From an uncultured Candidatus Poseidoniales archaeon (GTDB lineage Archaea; Thermoplasmatota; Poseidoniia; Poseidoniales; Thalassarchaeaceae): a stretch of DNA of 28,590 bases. The translations under genes were made by a program, and so were the position numbers. The notes under the pieces were generated by a model. It ran no database searches. It was not told the DNA's origin and was given only the letters and a program-made list of their open reading frames with translations. The first letter of the stretch is position 1. Every line of letters starts with the position of its first letter. Below are positions 26,574-28,590 of this stretch, piece by piece. Location of the stretch: assembly GCA_964645485.1 (NCBI GenBank), contig CAZXZO010000003.1, forward strand, positions 33,667-62,256. The letters run 5' to 3'.

Positions 26574-27515
26574 ATGGCTTCAGGAACAGGAATTCGATTA
26601 AACGGCGCACTAAGCATCCTTCTGGTGATGCTACTGGTTTTAGGCGGCATGGCATCAATGTCATCGCTTGAGATGAATGATGCTGCAGCTGCTGGTGATA
26701 GCGGTAATGACGCCGCAAAGAGCGATGAAAAGAAGGATGCTTCAACTCTTGAAAAGAGTGAATCTGCTTGGTTAGAGCGTTGTAAAGAAATGAAGAGCAA
26801 CATGCCTGACCGAGGTGACTGGGATAAGGATGAAGAAAAACCACTTAGAGAACGTGATGCTGCAGGAAGGCAAGCAGATACTAATGAAAATAACGATTCA
26901 ACAGACAATAACTCAGACAATACAGATGCTGATGTAGACTGGCATCTGCCAGACAACATTGAGGTATCTAGAACTGCACTTGGTGAATATGTAATCAGAA
27001 TTGTTAACGCAAATGGCACAGTTTCTGAGGAAATCGTAACTGAGGAAGGATTTGCTCTATTTCTAAGAAACCATGGTTGGGCCGCAACTGATGAGGTTGA
27101 AGAAAACCAAACCGACCGTGTTGAACATGAAAGAGATAGAGATGAAATGGCAGCGCTAGATCTTGAAATTCTTGATGATGGAACAATCATCATCACTCGT
27201 ACCCGCGGTGAATGGGTTGAGTACGAGATTATTCGAACTAGTGAAGATGGCTCAACTACTGTGATCCGAGTTAATCCACGAGGTACCGAGGTAGTACATC
27301 CACAACCACCACGTGAGCACCACCAAAGAGAAAACATGGGAGAACGTGACAGAGGTGAGGAAGGTTTCGCTCCTCTCTTTTCATTCGCTGGTGAAATGAA
27401 TGAGGATGTTATGAATCGATGTAAAGAACTCATGCAAAATGATAAGCCAACAATAGATGTTGATGTTTTGCGACTTGACCGACCAGTTGCAGAGCGAGAT
27501 GAACAACGAAAGTAG
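26574..27515 (+). CDS. Secreted or N-terminally anchored acidic hypothetical protein
   Basis: Hydrophobic N-terminus (ALSILLVMLLVLGG), D/E/N/R-rich body, and repeated RCKE and EEGFA motifs. Confidence 0.75.
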   Translation: MASGTGIRLNGALSILLVMLLVLGGMASMSSLEMNDAAAAGDSGNDAAKSDEKKDASTLEKSESAWLERCKEMKSNMPDRGDWDKDEEKPLRERDAAGRQADTNENNDSTDNNSDNTDADVDWHLPDNIEVSRTALGEYVIRIVNANGTVSEEIVTEEGFALFLRNHGWAATDEVEENQTDRVEHERDRDEMAALDLEILDDGTIIITRTRGEWVEYEIIRTSEDGSTTVIRVNPRGTEVVHPQPPREHHQRENMGERDRGEEGFAPLFSFAGEMNEDVMNRCKELMQNDKPTIDVDVLRLDRPVAERDEQRK

Positions 27516-27621
27516 AGTTGTTTTAGAGTCTTAATTGAGCGAAAATAGAGAGCCATCGCATAGCGAAGCCTTTAGTGCCCCCTTTGAAAGACACGATTTA
27601 CCGCAGGGGTATGGGACCGAC

Positions 27622-28365
27622 ATGATGAACATAACAGCCCGTCAAGAAACCTTCAGAATGGTGGTTGACATTTTGTCAACTTTGGTAGAGGAAGCTCGCT
27701 TCAATTTTGAAGATGATAAACTCGTGGTGAGGGTCGTAGACCCGAGCCATGTAGCAATGATTCAGATGGAAGTTGACTCTGCTGCCTTTGAATCGTATGA
27801 AGTAACAGATTCAGTCCTAGGATTGGAATTGTCAAAAATTTCCAAACTTGTGCAACTTGCAGGAGCAGGTGATTTGATTGTTATCGACTATAATGACAGT
27901 GTTGGTAAAGTTGAATTTAGAGTCGGTGAAATTGAGCGTACTATTCGACCACTTGACCGGCAGAATATGCAGGAGCCAAAAGTTCCCGAACTTGATACAG
28001 ATATCTCTGTCAGCCTTTCAGGGGCTAAATTTGCTCGCGCTTTGAAAGCGGCGGAACAAGTTGGCGACTTGGTCACATTTTCAATTGACCAAACACGATT
28101 CAGTGTTAATGTAACAGGTGAATCAGATGCAGTCAATGTGAGTTATGATGCTGGAGAATTACAGGAATTAAATTGTGATAACCCAGTCAAGAGCCAATAC
28201 AGTTTGCAATATCTACTTCCATTAGCCAAGCGAATAGAATCTACTGTGGATAAGGTGACTGCTAAGTTTGGTGAAAACTATCCACTTCGTTTAGAATTTG
28301 AATTCGCCGATGGTGGTGCTAATGTTGTTTATTTCCTTGCACCTCGTGTTGAAGGCGACGCTTGA
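27622..28365 (+). CDS. pcn: DNA polymerase sliding clamp PCNA
   Basis: VDPSHVAMI, SQYSLQYL and C-terminal YFLAPRVE. ATG 27622 gives a normal clamp length (247 aa). Confidence 0.96.
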   Translation: MMNITARQETFRMVVDILSTLVEEARFNFEDDKLVVRVVDPSHVAMIQMEVDSAAFESYEVTDSVLGLELSKISKLVQLAGAGDLIVIDYNDSVGKVEFRVGEIERTIRPLDRQNMQEPKVPELDTDISVSLSGAKFARALKAAEQVGDLVTFSIDQTRFSVNVTGESDAVNVSYDAGELQELNCDNPVKSQYSLQYLLPLAKRIESTVDKVTAKFGENYPLRLEFEFADGGANVVYFLAPRVEGDA

Positions 28366-28416
28366 GCAAATCCTTGAGGATTGTTCGCAACTAAAGTAAT
28401 AATATTGCTATAATTG

Positions 28417-28590
28417 AAGTGAGCTGGCAGGGATCTTCAAACTGGACCGAACAAAGTGAGGGAAGTTTGAATTTTCGTACCCGAAAACGCTCACCTAATG
28501 AAATTGAATTTTTGGTGAGCGGGTTAGGTGAGCGCACCGATTAAAATCTGCTAAAACCAAAGTGCGCTCGCAGGGATCTTCAAACTGGAC
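28417..28590. repeat. Direct repeat (31 bp visible, 143-bp period) enclosing several inverted repeats; runs off the window end
   Basis: aagtgagctggcagggatcttcaaactggac (28417-28447) vs aagtgcgctcgcagggatcttcaaactggac (28560-28590): 29/31 identical. Confidence 0.88.

Noticed and set aside
26558-27556. 332-aa antisense ORF spanning the secreted protein gene
   Set aside because: Ser/Leu/Phe-rich mirror of GAT/GAA-rich sense codons; a typical shadow ORF.
28417-28590. CRISPR array or tRNA
   Set aside because: The ~112-bp spacer is too long, only two copies are visible, and there is no T-loop/anticodon cloverleaf on either strand.

Overview
A gene-dense archaeal chromosomal segment. It is most consistent with a marine Thermoplasmatota (Poseidoniales / Marine Group II-like); this is inferred from gene content, not from a search. 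Housekeeping genes: the 3' end of asd, a METTL5-like methyltransferase, csl4, nop5-flpA (C/D RNP core), TFS and PCNA. Accessory genes: a radical SAM-HhH protein translationally coupled to a SMUG1-type uracil glycosylase, an acyl-CoA synthetase, IcmF, PepE, Fpg/MutM, an ABC exporter with a degenerate FGE-like partner, a GT2, a TSP3-repeat surface protein and several membrane or secreted unknowns. No rRNA, tRNA, CRISPR array or transposase was seen. Most notable observations: (1) Csl4 is fused to a CxxC-x17-CxxC finger, an RRM and an RGG tail. (2) Two tandem aquaporin-like genes lack both NPA boxes yet share a spacing-conserved promoter (upstream bipartite motif, TATA, TSS palindrome) and related 3' hairpins. 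(3) The rSAM-HhH/SMUG1 pair. (4) A degenerate ~61-bp tandem array built from the fibrillarin 3' end. (5) TFS has no ATG/GTG/TTG start before its N-terminal Zn ribbon. (6) A hairpin-rich direct-repeat element follows PCNA. Several starts were moved from the ORF track using SD motifs and family N-termini.
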